64,000 nucleotides of DNA from Chloroflexota bacterium (GCA_034722275.1 JAYENW010000022.1:1213-65212), one strand, 5' to 3'; shown: positions 38,401 through 48,690, counted from the first letter of the stretch. Program-made: numbers and translations. The notes: a model not told the origin generated them from the sequence alone.

Positions 38401-39242
38401 TGGGGTATGTTGTAATGGAGCAAAATAAGAGTTTGCTGCAGCTTAAAAAAACAACCAAGATATTCTCCAAAGGCACTATAGATGAGGTTACCGCTCTGGA
38501 TAATATTAGCCTGGATGTCCATCCCCAGGATTACGTTACCATCATTGGCAGTAATGGCGCTGGGAAAACAACTATGCTCAATGTTGTTGCTGGTGTTTTC
38601 CCTCCGGAGAGGGGTGGCAGTGTTATTGTCAATGGTACTGATATTACCAATCTGCCGGAGTATAAGCATGCTACCTATGTTGGCCGGGTATACCAGAACC
38701 CCAATATCGGCACTGCCGGCAAGATGACCATAGAGGAGAATCTAGCTATGGCTGTGCTCAGAGGGCAGCCAAGAGGATTAAAGAAGGCTATCAATAACCA
38801 ACGCAGGGAGCAATTTCGCGCTGCCTTAGCCCCGCTGGGACTGGGATTAGAAGATAGGCTAAATACGCTGGCAGGCACCCTTTCCAGTGGACAAAGGCAG
38901 GGGCTAGCTCTGGTGATGGCTACCATAAGTAAGCCAGCATTGCTGCTGCTTGATGAGCATATCGCCAATTTGGATCCCAGGACTGCTCAGACCGTGCTTG
39001 GGTTAACCGATATGATTGTAGGGCAGGAAAAAATGACCACGATTATGGTTACCCACAATATGGAGATTGCCATGCGCTATGGGAACAGGCTGCTCATGAT
39101 GCATAAAGGCAGGGTTATAGTGGATATAGGGCAGGAAAAGAAACAAAGCCTTGCCATCAATGATTTAGTGACTGCCTTTGAGCGGGCTGCTGGTGAGCAG
39201 CTTGCTGATGAGAGCATTCTGCTTAGCCGCCCTGGTGGCTGA
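38373..39242 (+). CDS. ABC transporter ATP-binding protein (COG1101-type)
   Basis: Walker A GSNGAGKTT, ABC signature LSSGQRQ, Walker B LLLLDEH. Confidence 0.85.
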   Translation: MDATCTSNVMGYVVMEQNKSLLQLKKTTKIFSKGTIDEVTALDNISLDVHPQDYVTIIGSNGAGKTTMLNVVAGVFPPERGGSVIVNGTDITNLPEYKHATYVGRVYQNPNIGTAGKMTIEENLAMAVLRGQPRGLKKAINNQRREQFRAALAPLGLGLEDRLNTLAGTLSSGQRQGLALVMATISKPALLLLDEHIANLDPRTAQTVLGLTDMIVGQEKMTTIMVTHNMEIAMRYGNRLLMMHKGRVIVDIGQEKKQSLAINDLVTAFERAAGEQLADESILLSRPGG

Positions 39243-39353
39243 GGTATTTTGAGTGTTGGGGAGATGGAGTGTATCACTGACCTGACCTGCTATATTGTTA
39301 TAGCTAATCCTGCCAGGTTAAACAGAAACCGTGTAATTGTAGATGGTCAAGCC

Positions 39354-40451
39354 TTAGACATTGAATAGAATATTAATTATATCGCCGTCCTGGACGATGT
39401 ACTCTTTGCCTTCCGTTCGGAGCAAGCCTTTTTTTCGTGCTTCAGCTAAATGGCTGCATTTCTGCAGGTCATGGTAGCTGATTACCTCAGCGCGGATAAA
39501 TCCTCTCTCCATGTCTGAGTGAATCTTTCCTGCTGCCTTGAGGACAGTGGTGCCCTGGGGAATAGTCCAGGCTTTTACTTCGTCAGAGCCTACTGTGAAG
39601 AAGGACATGAGCTTCAGAAGATGATAGGAAAGGTCAATAACCTGGTTAAGTGCTGGTGCAGGCAATCCCATAGCCTGACGAAATTCTGCCGCTTCAGCTT
39701 CGCTGAGTTGCGTCAGCTCCATTTCCAGCTTGCCACAAAGAGCTACCACGCTGAATTGGGGGCAAAGAGAGCTTATTTTGTCTTCCAGTTGAGAAGCTTG
39801 TGGTATTTGCCCTTCACCTGTGTTGAGGATGAGCAGCATGGGCTTGGCGGTGAGAAACTGGTAATTCGTTAATGCCTTAAGCTCCTCTTTGTTGAGGTCT
39901 TGCTGCCTTATTGGCACCTCGTTTTCCAGAGATGACTTGATCTTCTGCAGTAGAAGCTGCTCTTTGTGGTACAGATCGCGCTCCGATGCTTTGGCTCCCT
40001 TCAAGCTCTTCTCCAATTTGTCCAGTCTTCTATCGATGATAGCCAGATCAGAAAAGGCGAGTTCTAAATCCATAGTTGTTATGTCCCGCTCTGGGTCTAT
40101 GCTTCCCTCAGGATGGGGGAGGTTTTCATCTTCGAAGGTTCGCACCACCTGAAGCAAAGCATCGGCGGTGGACAGGTAGTTCAACAGCTCTCCCTTTATT
40201 TCCCCATGGGTATCAATGCTCTTAGGTGAACCAGCGATATCAACATAGTTCACCTCTGCTGGGGTTGTTTTCTTTGGCTGGAAGATATTTTCCAGCTTCA
40301 ATAGCCTGGCATCTGTGACCCGGGCTATGCCTATGTTTGGAGTCAACGAAGAGGAGTAGGGGCTGACCTCAGCTTCGCCCCTGGTCAGAGCATTAAAGAT
40401 GGTTGTTTTGCCACTCTTTGGCAGCCCGATAATGGCGATTTTCACGTTCAT
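39354..40451 (-). CDS. ychF: ribosome-binding ATPase YchF (Obg-family GTPase) with C-terminal TGS domain
   Basis: G1 GLPKSGKTT, NxxE specificity motif typical of YchF, and a C-terminal TGS block (EKGFIRAEV). Confidence 0.9.
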   Translation of the reverse strand: MNVKIAIIGLPKSGKTTIFNALTRGEAEVSPYSSSLTPNIGIARVTDARLLKLENIFQPKKTTPAEVNYVDIAGSPKSIDTHGEIKGELLNYLSTADALLQVVRTFEDENLPHPEGSIDPERDITTMDLELAFSDLAIIDRRLDKLEKSLKGAKASERDLYHKEQLLLQKIKSSLENEVPIRQQDLNKEELKALTNYQFLTAKPMLLILNTGEGQIPQASQLEDKISSLCPQFSVVALCGKLEMELTQLSEAEAAEFRQAMGLPAPALNQVIDLSYHLLKLMSFFTVGSDEVKAWTIPQGTTVLKAAGKIHSDMERGFIRAEVISYHDLQKCSHLAEARKKGLLRTEGKEYIVQDGDIINILFNV

Positions 40452-40518
40452 ATATTAGCATATTTTGTTTTTGCTCTCTTGTCAGAGAAATTTGGAGCTG
40501 TGTTAGAATAGGCAAGCG

Positions 40519-41523
40519 ATGCTTTATATTCTTCATGGTGAGGATGACTTCTCTCTTCATCAGGCCCTGGAGCGAATCAAGGCTGGTCTGGGGAGCCCGG
40601 ATATGCTGGCGGTTAATACCACCAGGCTGGATGGCGAGCACTTAATTCTGAGTGAGCTCAAAGACAATTGCAATGTTGTCCCTTTCTTATGTCCGCATCG
40701 TCTGATTATAATTGAAGGCTTGCTGGGGCGTTTTGAGCCCGGAGGAAAAAGAACACGGTCGTATAAGAGTGCCCACAGGTCAAAAAAGGAGCTGGGAGAA
40801 TGGCGGGATTTGGTCACCTGTATTCAGCAGATGCCGGCAAGCACTGTGTTGGTACTGGTTGATGTCACGGTAAAGAAGTCTAATCCCTTGTTTCAAAAGA
40901 TTTCACCATTAGCCGAAGTGGAACCCTTCCGTTTGCTGCGTGGTGATAAGTTGAAAAACTGGATTCAGAAGCAGGTAAACCGTGAAGGTGGCGAAATCGC
41001 TCCTGAGGCAATAGACTTGCTTGCTGAGCTTATCGGTGGAAACTTGTGGACAATGAATAATGAAATCCAGAAATTGCTTCTATATAGTCAGGATCGCTCC
41101 ATTGATAAACAAGATGTCGCGCGGTTGGTAAGCTATGCTCGGGAAGCGAATATTTTTGCTTTGGTGGATGCAGTAGTGGAAGGGAAAACTAGGAGAGCTC
41201 AGGAAGTGCTGCATCAATTGTATCAGGATGGCGATTCCTCAACTCATATTTTAGCTATGGTGACAAGACAGTTCCGCTTGATAGCTCTGGTGAAGGATAT
41301 GAAGCCGGAATTATCTATCTGGCAAATTCAGAAGAAGTTGGGCTTGTCATCAGATTATGCCCTGGAGAAAACGCTGGCTCAAGCCAGGTTTTACACTCTT
41401 GAAGATATCAGGCAAGCTTATAATAAGCTTCTGGAAACTGATTTAGCCATCAAAACTCGAGGGTATAATGACCAACTGGCACTTGAGCTTCTGGTAACTG
41501 AGCTTAGCGCCTCTCGAGCTTAA
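40519..41523 (+). CDS. holA: DNA polymerase III delta subunit
   Basis: 334 aa with the YILHGED N-terminus and an AAA+-like clamp-loader delta fold, sized as in HolA. Confidence 0.75.
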   Translation: MLYILHGEDDFSLHQALERIKAGLGSPDMLAVNTTRLDGEHLILSELKDNCNVVPFLCPHRLIIIEGLLGRFEPGGKRTRSYKSAHRSKKELGEWRDLVTCIQQMPASTVLVLVDVTVKKSNPLFQKISPLAEVEPFRLLRGDKLKNWIQKQVNREGGEIAPEAIDLLAELIGGNLWTMNNEIQKLLLYSQDRSIDKQDVARLVSYAREANIFALVDAVVEGKTRRAQEVLHQLYQDGDSSTHILAMVTRQFRLIALVKDMKPELSIWQIQKKLGLSSDYALEKTLAQARFYTLEDIRQAYNKLLETDLAIKTRGYNDQLALELLVTELSASRA

Positions 41524-41542
41524 GAGAGCTCGGCCCTAGCAT

Positions 41543-42439
41543 TTAGTTTTTTGATGACGGTTGATTTCTCCTCATGCCAGGAGGGCTGTTGCCGAAGTAT
41601 ATTTTAGTGTGAGGCCAGGGAATCTCGATTCCTTCCTTGTCAAAGGTTTTCTTGATGCGGAGGCGCAGTTCTCCCATTACATCCCACTGACGCATGGGCT
41701 TAACATCTCCTAATATTTTGATTTCGATGCCAGAATCTCCCAGTTTATTCACCCTGAGCACCTTTGGCGTGGTGATAAAGTCCTTTTTCCACTTTGGGTC
41801 TTCAGCCATTTCCTGACAAACTCTGTTTATTACTTCGAATACATGGTCGAGGTTTTCTCCATAGCCTACGGAAACATTTAAATTTACCCGGGCATATTTC
41901 TTGGTCAAATTGCTTGCTGTTTTTATTTCTCCATTGGGTATGGAGTGGACTGTGCCATCGAAATCTCTGAGGACAGTGCGGCGCAATCCTATTTCCTCAA
42001 CCAGACCACCGGTGCCAGCAACATTGACTACATCGCCTACTCTATATTGATCCTCTAATAGAACAAAGATGCCGGCGATTATGTCCCTGATTAAACTCTG
42101 GGCGCCGAAGCTAACAGCAAGACCAATAATGCCAAGCCCTGCCAATGCTGCGGCGATATTCACTCCGAACTCGGGGAGTATGGTAAAAATGACGATAATA
42201 ACAATGATAACTGTGCCAATGTTAACTAAAGCTGAAGATAAGGTATAGGCTCTTTTCTCTACTTCTGTCTTGGGTTCGCCTTTCATTCTTTGTGAGACGA
42301 CTTTTCTGATGATGAGTGGCACGAAGTGGCGCATGAGGAAGTACAGGACAAGGGCGATGATAACGCTGATTAAAATACTGACCCCGCTATCCTTTAACCA
42401 TTCCATACTGAATATCTGGGTTTTGCTTAGTTCAGGCAT
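41543..42439 (-). CDS. small-conductance mechanosensitive channel (MscS family)
   Basis: Three N-terminal transmembrane helices with a Gly/Ala-rich TM3 (AALAGLGIIGLAVSFGAQ), followed by the beta-domain. Confidence 0.8.
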   Translation of the reverse strand: MPELSKTQIFSMEWLKDSGVSILISVIIALVLYFLMRHFVPLIIRKVVSQRMKGEPKTEVEKRAYTLSSALVNIGTVIIVIIVIFTILPEFGVNIAAALAGLGIIGLAVSFGAQSLIRDIIAGIFVLLEDQYRVGDVVNVAGTGGLVEEIGLRRTVLRDFDGTVHSIPNGEIKTASNLTKKYARVNLNVSVGYGENLDHVFEVINRVCQEMAEDPKWKKDFITTPKVLRVNKLGDSGIEIKILGDVKPMRQWDVMGELRLRIKKTFDKEGIEIPWPHTKIYFGNSPPGMRRNQPSSKN

Positions 42440-42511
42440 ATTTTTTCCTCAAAACTTATCGCCTTTTGGGCTATCACGATGTTTACAGTTATCCTTTGCT
42501 TCACAGCAGAG

Positions 42512-42527
42512 CTTATGCTAGCATAAG
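42512..42527. promoter_or_regulatory. perfect 16-bp palindrome CTTATGCTAGCATAAG in the alaS upstream region
   Basis: Read directly from the sequence, about 90 nt upstream of the alaS start. The coordinates were counted manually and may be off by 1. Confidence 0.3.
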
Positions 42528-42617
42528 TGGAGTTGGCTATCAATTGATGATAGAGAAAAGCGTGTTATTAGCCGAGCATACCAGCAAGGTTGGCTCTTTA
42601 CAATTAAGGAATGTTAA

Positions 42618-45248
42618 GTGACTGCTGATGAACTGAGGCAAACCTTTCTAAAGTTTTTTGAAGGCAAGGGGCATAAACTCGTTCCCAGTTCTCCTCTTGT
42701 TCCCTATCGAGACCCTACTCTCTTGCTGACCAGCGCTGGCATGGTGCAGTTTAAGCCCTATTTTGTAGGACTGGAAGTGCCCCCAGCCCCGAGGTTAGTT
42801 TCCTGTCAGAAGTGCTTTCGCACCACTGATATTGATTCAGTAGGTGATAGCAAGCATCTTACCTTTTTTGAGATGCTGGGCAATTTCAGCGTTGGTGACT
42901 ATTTTAAGAAAGAGGCTATTTCCTGGTCCTGGGAGTTTGTTACCCGGCACTTGAAGCTGCCAGAAGAACGCCTCTGGCTAACAATTTACCTGAATGACGA
43001 CGAGGCTTTTAACTATTGGCGGGCACTTGGGCTTCCTGGAGAGAGAATACTGCGCTTTGGTGAAGAGGATAATTTTTGGGGCCCTGCTGGTGATACTGGG
43101 CCTTGTGGCCCCTGCAGTGAAATCCATTATGACCTGGGGGAAGAGTTTGGGTGTGGTAAGCCAGACTGTAGACCTAACTGTGACTGCGGCCGTTTCTCTG
43201 AGATATGGAATCTGGTGTTCACTCAGTACAACCAGGATATTAATGGGAAGCGCATTCCCTTACCCAAACCCAATATAGATACTGGAATGGGACTGGAGAG
43301 AACTCTGGCGGCTATCCAGGGTAAGTCCTCTCCTTATGAAACCGGTTTATTTTCTTCTTTAATAGGGCGAGTTTGTAGTTTAACCGGCAAGAAATATGGT
43401 CAAGATGAGAGTATTGACCGGGCCATGCGAGTCATTGTTGAGCATGGGCGTGGCAGCGCTTTCCTTATCGCTGACGGCGTTATGCCTTCCAATGAAGGAA
43501 GGGGCTATATTTTAAGACGTATATTACGCCGGGCCTCGCTCTTTGGCAGGAAATTGGGTTTGAGTGAGCCTTTCTTGGGTGAAATTGCGGAGATCGCCAT
43601 TGGCGAGATGAAGCATGTGTATCCTGAACTCGAGGCTAACCAGGCTATAATCACAGAAGTTGTCCAGATAGAAGAAAATAGATTTGCTACTACACTGGAG
43701 GTAGGGCTTGCACTGGTGGAAAACTTGATTAGTGAGGCTCTCGAAGAAAAGCGAAATTATCTTGAAGGAAAAGAAGTATTCCGGCTTTATGATACCTATG
43801 GTTTTCCCAGAGAGTTGACCGCTGAAATGGCGAGGGAGAAAGGTCTTTCTATAGATTCAGAGGGCTTCGATGCTGAATTGGAAAGACAGCGAGAGAAAGC
43901 TAGAGCAGTAACCAAGATAGTATCAGTTGGCGTTGATGTCATTTCAGCTCCACCGAGTGCTGATACTAAATTTGTTGGCTATGAAACAACTATATCCCAA
44001 TCCAAAGTCCTTGAGTTGCGAGTTGCCGAGCAATCAGTGGAAGCTGCTTCTGAGAAAGATAAAGTTGACATAATACTTGATAAGACTCCCTTCTATGCTG
44101 AAATGGGAGGCCAAGTTGGTGATAGAGGGGAGATCAGTGGTGATAAAGGCAGAGCAGTTATCGCAAACACCATTAAAAGTTCTTCAGATGTGATAATTCA
44201 CCAGGGTAAGCTTGTTGAGGGAAAAATTTCTGTTGGTGATAAAGCGGATGTCAAGGTTGATTTTCCTCGCCGTCTTGACATCGCTCGTAACCACACAGCT
44301 ACCCATCTGCTCCAGGCTGCTTTAAGGCGGGTATTGGGCAACCGTATTCAACAAAGAGGCTCGCTGGTGGAGGCTGAGAGGCTCAGGTTTGATTTCCCTC
44401 AGATGCTGCCTTTATCTCAGGACGAGTTGAGCGAAATTCAGCGCTGGGTCAATGAAAGAATCCGCCAGAACCTGGCGGTAAAAACGGAAGTGATTCCTTA
44501 TGATGAGGCTATTGCTGGTGGCGCCACCGCTTTGTTTGAGGAAAAGTATAGTGAAATGGTTCGAGTGGTGGAAATTGGCGAACCAGTGATAAGCAAGGAA
44601 CTTTGTGGCGGCACTCATGTGAAAGCAACAGGAGAAATTGGTCTCTTCCTGATAACCAGTGAAGGCAGTATCGGCACAGGTTTGCGCCGCATTGAGGCGG
44701 TAACCGGCAGAGCTGCGGAATCCTTGATAGCCAGTCGCTTCTCTGACCTGCAGAGTATAGCTGCTGATGTCGAGACTCCCATTGAGAAAATTCCTGAAAA
44801 GATAAAAGCGCTATTTGCTGATTTGGAGAAAGAGCGCAAACATGCCCTATTGTTGGAAAGGGAACTATCTCGTAGGATTGTAGACTCCTTACTTGAAGAG
44901 GTGGAAGAGATAGATGGAGTAACTGTCTTAACTGCCAGGGTGCCACCTGTGACTGCTCCTGTTCTCCGAGAAATGGGGGATGTGCTGCGAGATAAGTTAA
45001 AGAGTGGCATAATAGTTTTAAGTGCGGTTTATACTGGCAAACCATATTTTTTGGCTATGGTGACTCCTGATCTGGTGGCTCGGGGATTTCATGGCGGCGA
45101 TATTATCCGCGAGGCAACCAGGATTACTAGTGGGGGAGGTGGTGGTAAAGCAGCGATGGCTCAGGGAGGTGGTAAGGATCCATCCAGAGTTGATGAGGCT
45201 TTGGAGACAGTTAAAGGTATTATTGCTCGCCAGGTCTCCTCTCTTTGA
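42618..45248 (+). CDS. alaS: alanyl-tRNA synthetase
   Basis: The N-terminal block FLKFFE...GHK...SSPLVP, the editing-domain HxxxH/CxxxH region (HTATHLL...CGGTH) and a C-terminal DHHA1 domain. 876 aa. Confidence 0.95.
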   Translation: MTADELRQTFLKFFEGKGHKLVPSSPLVPYRDPTLLLTSAGMVQFKPYFVGLEVPPAPRLVSCQKCFRTTDIDSVGDSKHLTFFEMLGNFSVGDYFKKEAISWSWEFVTRHLKLPEERLWLTIYLNDDEAFNYWRALGLPGERILRFGEEDNFWGPAGDTGPCGPCSEIHYDLGEEFGCGKPDCRPNCDCGRFSEIWNLVFTQYNQDINGKRIPLPKPNIDTGMGLERTLAAIQGKSSPYETGLFSSLIGRVCSLTGKKYGQDESIDRAMRVIVEHGRGSAFLIADGVMPSNEGRGYILRRILRRASLFGRKLGLSEPFLGEIAEIAIGEMKHVYPELEANQAIITEVVQIEENRFATTLEVGLALVENLISEALEEKRNYLEGKEVFRLYDTYGFPRELTAEMAREKGLSIDSEGFDAELERQREKARAVTKIVSVGVDVISAPPSADTKFVGYETTISQSKVLELRVAEQSVEAASEKDKVDIILDKTPFYAEMGGQVGDRGEISGDKGRAVIANTIKSSSDVIIHQGKLVEGKISVGDKADVKVDFPRRLDIARNHTATHLLQAALRRVLGNRIQQRGSLVEAERLRFDFPQMLPLSQDELSEIQRWVNERIRQNLAVKTEVIPYDEAIAGGATALFEEKYSEMVRVVEIGEPVISKELCGGTHVKATGEIGLFLITSEGSIGTGLRRIEAVTGRAAESLIASRFSDLQSIAADVETPIEKIPEKIKALFADLEKERKHALLLERELSRRIVDSLLEEVEEIDGVTVLTARVPPVTAPVLREMGDVLRDKLKSGIIVLSAVYTGKPYFLAMVTPDLVARGFHGGDIIREATRITSGGGGGKAAMAQGGGKDPSRVDEALETVKGIIARQVSSL

Positions 45249-45274
45249 TGAAGGATAACCGGTGTCTGGTAAAA

Positions 45275-45751
45275 ATGCGCAGTTTGGGACTTGATGTTGG
45301 AGATAAGAGAATCGGGGTGGCTTTAAGCGACCCTGAGGGGGTGATAGCGTTTTCTCTCATGACAATTGCCGCTGCTGACAGAAATGCAGCTATAGAGAAT
45401 ATTATCCAGCTTGCAGAGCAATATGAAACACAACGTATTGTGGTTGGTTTGCCTCTTTGTCTGGATGGAAAGCTGGGAACACAGGCTGAAAAAGTGACGT
45501 CCTTCGCCGATGAATTGTCATCACAGGCAAAGCTGGGCAATCGCAGCCAGGTGAATATTCAGCTATGGGATGAACGGCTTTCCACAATAGGCGCTGAGCG
45601 CTTGCTCATTGAGGCTCAAGATGGCGGCAACAAGCCAAAATCGGCCATAAAGAAGAAAATTTCAAGCAAACAACACAATTCTCCACGAAATGGAATAGAT
45701 GCCATGGCGGCAGCTTTCATTCTCCAGGGTTTCCTCGACAGCTTGAGATAA
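45275..45751 (+). CDS. ruvX: Holliday junction resolvase-like nuclease YqgF/RuvX with lysine-rich C-terminal insertion
   Basis: LGLDVGDKRIGVALSDP is the RuvX catalytic N-terminus. The internal Met was taken as the start. Confidence 0.75.
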   Translation: MRSLGLDVGDKRIGVALSDPEGVIAFSLMTIAAADRNAAIENIIQLAEQYETQRIVVGLPLCLDGKLGTQAEKVTSFADELSSQAKLGNRSQVNIQLWDERLSTIGAERLLIEAQDGGNKPKSAIKKKISSKQHNSPRNGIDAMAAAFILQGFLDSLR

Positions 45752-45758
45752 AAAAGCA

Positions 45759-46634
45759 ATGCCAGAGTTTGTAGGTCTTATTGGCTATCCCTTGAGACAT
45801 TCTCTTTCTCCTCACTTTCAACAGGCGGCTCTGGACTATTATGGCCTTGATATTTGCTATCAAGCCTGGGAAACAGCTCCTGAGGAGCTTGAGATAGCAA
45901 TAGCCAGGCTGAAGGAGCCACAAAATTTGGGTGCTAATGTGACTGTCCCTTATAAGGAAGCCGTTTTACCTCTACTGGATCAAGTTGATAGGCTGGCGAA
46001 TTTGATTGGGGCGGTAAACACAATAGTTAACAGGAATGGCAGCCTCTGGGGTTACAATACTGATGCTCATGGTTTTATGAAAGCGCTGAAAAAGCAGGGT
46101 GATTTTGAGGCTGGAGGCAAAAGAGCGGCTATTCTAGGGGCTGGTGGTGCGGCCAGGGCAGTGGGTTTTGCTCTGGTGAAGGGTAAGGCAGCCTCCCTTC
46201 TCATCGCCAATCGAACTCTGAAGCGAAGCCAGGCACTGGCTGGCAGCCTGAGGCACTATATATCTCAATCCGAATTGGAGACCGAAGTCAGAGTATTAAC
46301 GTGGCCAAGTCTGGCTTCCAGCAATGTTTTCTATGATTGTAATCTTGTGGTTAACTGCACCACTATAGGGATGAAATATGGTTCTTCGGAAGGGCAATCG
46401 CCTCTTGGCATAGATGTGATTCCTGAAAGGATATTGGTCTACGACTTGATATATAATCCCTATCCCACACCTTTGCTGTACCTGGCACGAGAGGCTGGAG
46501 CCAATATACTTGGTGGCCTGCCTATGTTAGTATATCAAGGAGCTGCTTCCTTTGAGCTGTGGACGGGGGAAGAAACTCCAATTGACATAATGTATAACAA
46601 GGCTGAAGAAATGCTATTGGGAGGTGAAAGATGA
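45759..46634 (+). CDS. aroE: shikimate dehydrogenase
   Basis: GLIGYPLRHSLSPHFQQAAL substrate-binding N-terminus and an NADP Rossmann site GAGGAARAV. Confidence 0.85.
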   Translation: MPEFVGLIGYPLRHSLSPHFQQAALDYYGLDICYQAWETAPEELEIAIARLKEPQNLGANVTVPYKEAVLPLLDQVDRLANLIGAVNTIVNRNGSLWGYNTDAHGFMKALKKQGDFEAGGKRAAILGAGGAARAVGFALVKGKAASLLIANRTLKRSQALAGSLRHYISQSELETEVRVLTWPSLASSNVFYDCNLVVNCTTIGMKYGSSEGQSPLGIDVIPERILVYDLIYNPYPTPLLYLAREAGANILGGLPMLVYQGAASFELWTGEETPIDIMYNKAEEMLLGGER

Positions 46635-47548
46635 AAGGTAAAAAAACAGCTCTCGCTGTTCTGGTGCCATTGCTGCTTGCGATGATTTTATTTCCCATGG
46701 CTTGTGTATCAGTGCCAGGGAGAGATAAAGTTGCCGTGATTCCTCTTTCTGGGACTATCACAGCTGGAAGCAGTTTCTTTAGCCCTACAATTACACCGCA
46801 AGCAGTAAAGGAGCAGCTGGATAGGGCCGAGAGAGATAAGGTGGTGAAGGCAGTTGTTCTTCGTGTAGAAAGCCCTGGTGGGGTAGTAGCGCCCTGTCAG
46901 GAAATTTTGGAGGAGATAGAGAGGGTTAAGCAATCAAAACCTGTTGTCGTCAGTATGGGAGAGCAAGCTACCTCTGGCGGCTATTATATCTCATGCAAAG
47001 CAGATAAAATTGTAGCGTTGCCAGGCACATTAACCGGGAGCATTGGTGTTATTGCTGAAATACCCAATGTCCAGGGGCTTTATGAAAAACTGGGTATCCA
47101 GATGCAAATCTTTAAAGGTGGCAAGTATAAAGATATGTACGCTGGGCTGAGAGAGCTAACTCCTGAAGAACGGGAGATAATGCAAGAAATGGTTGATGTA
47201 TACTATGAACAATTTGTTGCTGTTGTGGCTGAAGGCAGGGGATTAAGCACAGAACAGGTAAAGAATCTAGCTACAGGACAGATTTATACTGGTGTTGAGG
47301 CTAAGGAGCTGGGTTTAGTTGATGAATTGGGTGGTGTGGACACTGCCATAAATTTAGCAACACAACTGGCTGGTGTTGTGTCTCCTGAAGTGGAATATTA
47401 CCAGCAAGCGAGGCCGTCATTGAGATCGCTCTTGGGATTGGCTGATATCGCCCGATTGAGATTGTTAGGGTTGAGCGGGCAGGATATTATTCTGCTGCAA
47501 ATCCTGAGTAATGCGTATCCTCAGCCTCAATATTTATATCAGAGCTAA
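46631..47548 (+). CDS. sppA: signal peptide peptidase SppA (36K type)
   Basis: N-terminal transmembrane anchor, then the ClpP/crotonase-fold block VAVIPLSGTI. The catalytic serine is inferred to lie in QATSGGYYIS; the lysine region is not identified. Confidence 0.75.
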   Translation: MKGKKTALAVLVPLLLAMILFPMACVSVPGRDKVAVIPLSGTITAGSSFFSPTITPQAVKEQLDRAERDKVVKAVVLRVESPGGVVAPCQEILEEIERVKQSKPVVVSMGEQATSGGYYISCKADKIVALPGTLTGSIGVIAEIPNVQGLYEKLGIQMQIFKGGKYKDMYAGLRELTPEEREIMQEMVDVYYEQFVAVVAEGRGLSTEQVKNLATGQIYTGVEAKELGLVDELGGVDTAINLATQLAGVVSPEVEYYQQARPSLRSLLGLADIARLRLLGLSGQDIILLQILSNAYPQPQYLYQS

Positions 47549-48690
47549 TGGGGCAATTTCGTTTTATCACCGCTGGCGAATCACACGGGAAAGGTTTGAC
47601 TGCCATAGTTGAAGGATTGGTGGCCTGGCTCCCCTTAGATGTGGAGTACATCAATAAGGAGTTAAAACGGCGCCAGGGTGGCTATGGGCGCAGCTCTCGC
47701 ATGCAGTTAGAAGAAGATAAAGCTGAGATTACCTCGGGAATTTATCGTGGGCTTACAACCGGCAATCCCATCGCGATTTTTATCTCCAACCGGGACTGGC
47801 GTGAGGCTGAGCCGGTAACTTGCCCCCGTCCTGGACATGCTGACCTTGCGGGAGTGACCAAATATGGCCTTAAAGATATTAGACCGATAATGGAAAGAGC
47901 CAGCGCGCGTGAGACCGCGGCCAGGGTGGCGGTGGGAGCACTGGCGAAAAGATTTCTGGAGGAATTTGACATCACCATTCATAGCCACACAGTAGCTATT
48001 GGTGGCGTCAAAATTTCAGGGCAGGATAGTATGAAGTTTATAGATTGGCAGCGGGTTGAAGATTCCCCTGTTCGCTGCGTTGCCTCTGATATAACGCAAA
48101 AGATGATAGCGGTTATTGATAAAGCTAAAGCTGATGGAGATACTTTAGGTGGTGTCTTTGAAGTCATTGCCCATGGCGTGCCTATTGGCCTGGGAAGCCA
48201 TGCTCACTGGGAGCGTCGACTCGATGGCAGAATTGCCCAGGCAGTGATGAGTATCAATAGTGTGAAGGGAGTGGAGATTGGCTCTGGATTTGCTCTGGCC
48301 GCTCTTAAAGGCTCAAAGGCTCACGATGTTATCGAGCCCAATCCCTGTAGCGGAGCGAAGGGTCTGCCATGGCATCGCCTCGGCAACCATGCTGGTGGTG
48401 TAGAAGGTGGCATAAGTAATGGTGAGGATATGGTAATCAAAGCGGTAGTCAAGCCCATCGCTACTTTGGCTAAGCCACTACCTTCCTTAGACCTTCGCAC
48501 TGGGGAGGTAGTCGAAGCCCACTATGAGCGCAGTGATATTTGTGTTGTTCCTGCTGCTGGGGTAATTGCCGAGGCAATGCTGGCTATTGTCTTGGCTGAT
48601 GCCTGTCTGGAGAAATTTGGTGGAGATAACTTGAAAGAAACTCTGGCAAATTACCATAGTTACTTGGGCGGTATCTCTCTATGGAAATAG
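47548..48690 (+). CDS. aroC: chorismate synthase
   Basis: FRFITAGESHGKGL (the GESHG signature) and later conserved blocks. 380 aa. Confidence 0.9.
   Translation: MGQFRFITAGESHGKGLTAIVEGLVAWLPLDVEYINKELKRRQGGYGRSSRMQLEEDKAEITSGIYRGLTTGNPIAIFISNRDWREAEPVTCPRPGHADLAGVTKYGLKDIRPIMERASARETAARVAVGALAKRFLEEFDITIHSHTVAIGGVKISGQDSMKFIDWQRVEDSPVRCVASDITQKMIAVIDKAKADGDTLGGVFEVIAHGVPIGLGSHAHWERRLDGRIAQAVMSINSVKGVEIGSGFALAALKGSKAHDVIEPNPCSGAKGLPWHRLGNHAGGVEGGISNGEDMVIKAVVKPIATLAKPLPSLDLRTGEVVEAHYERSDICVVPAAGVIAEAMLAIVLADACLEKFGGDNLKETLANYHSYLGGISLWK

Noticed and set aside
42440-42617. Possible T-box leader upstream of alaS
   Set aside because: The region is only 178 nt. No specifier-loop/T-box consensus (AATTAGGGTGGNACCGCG-like) is visible.
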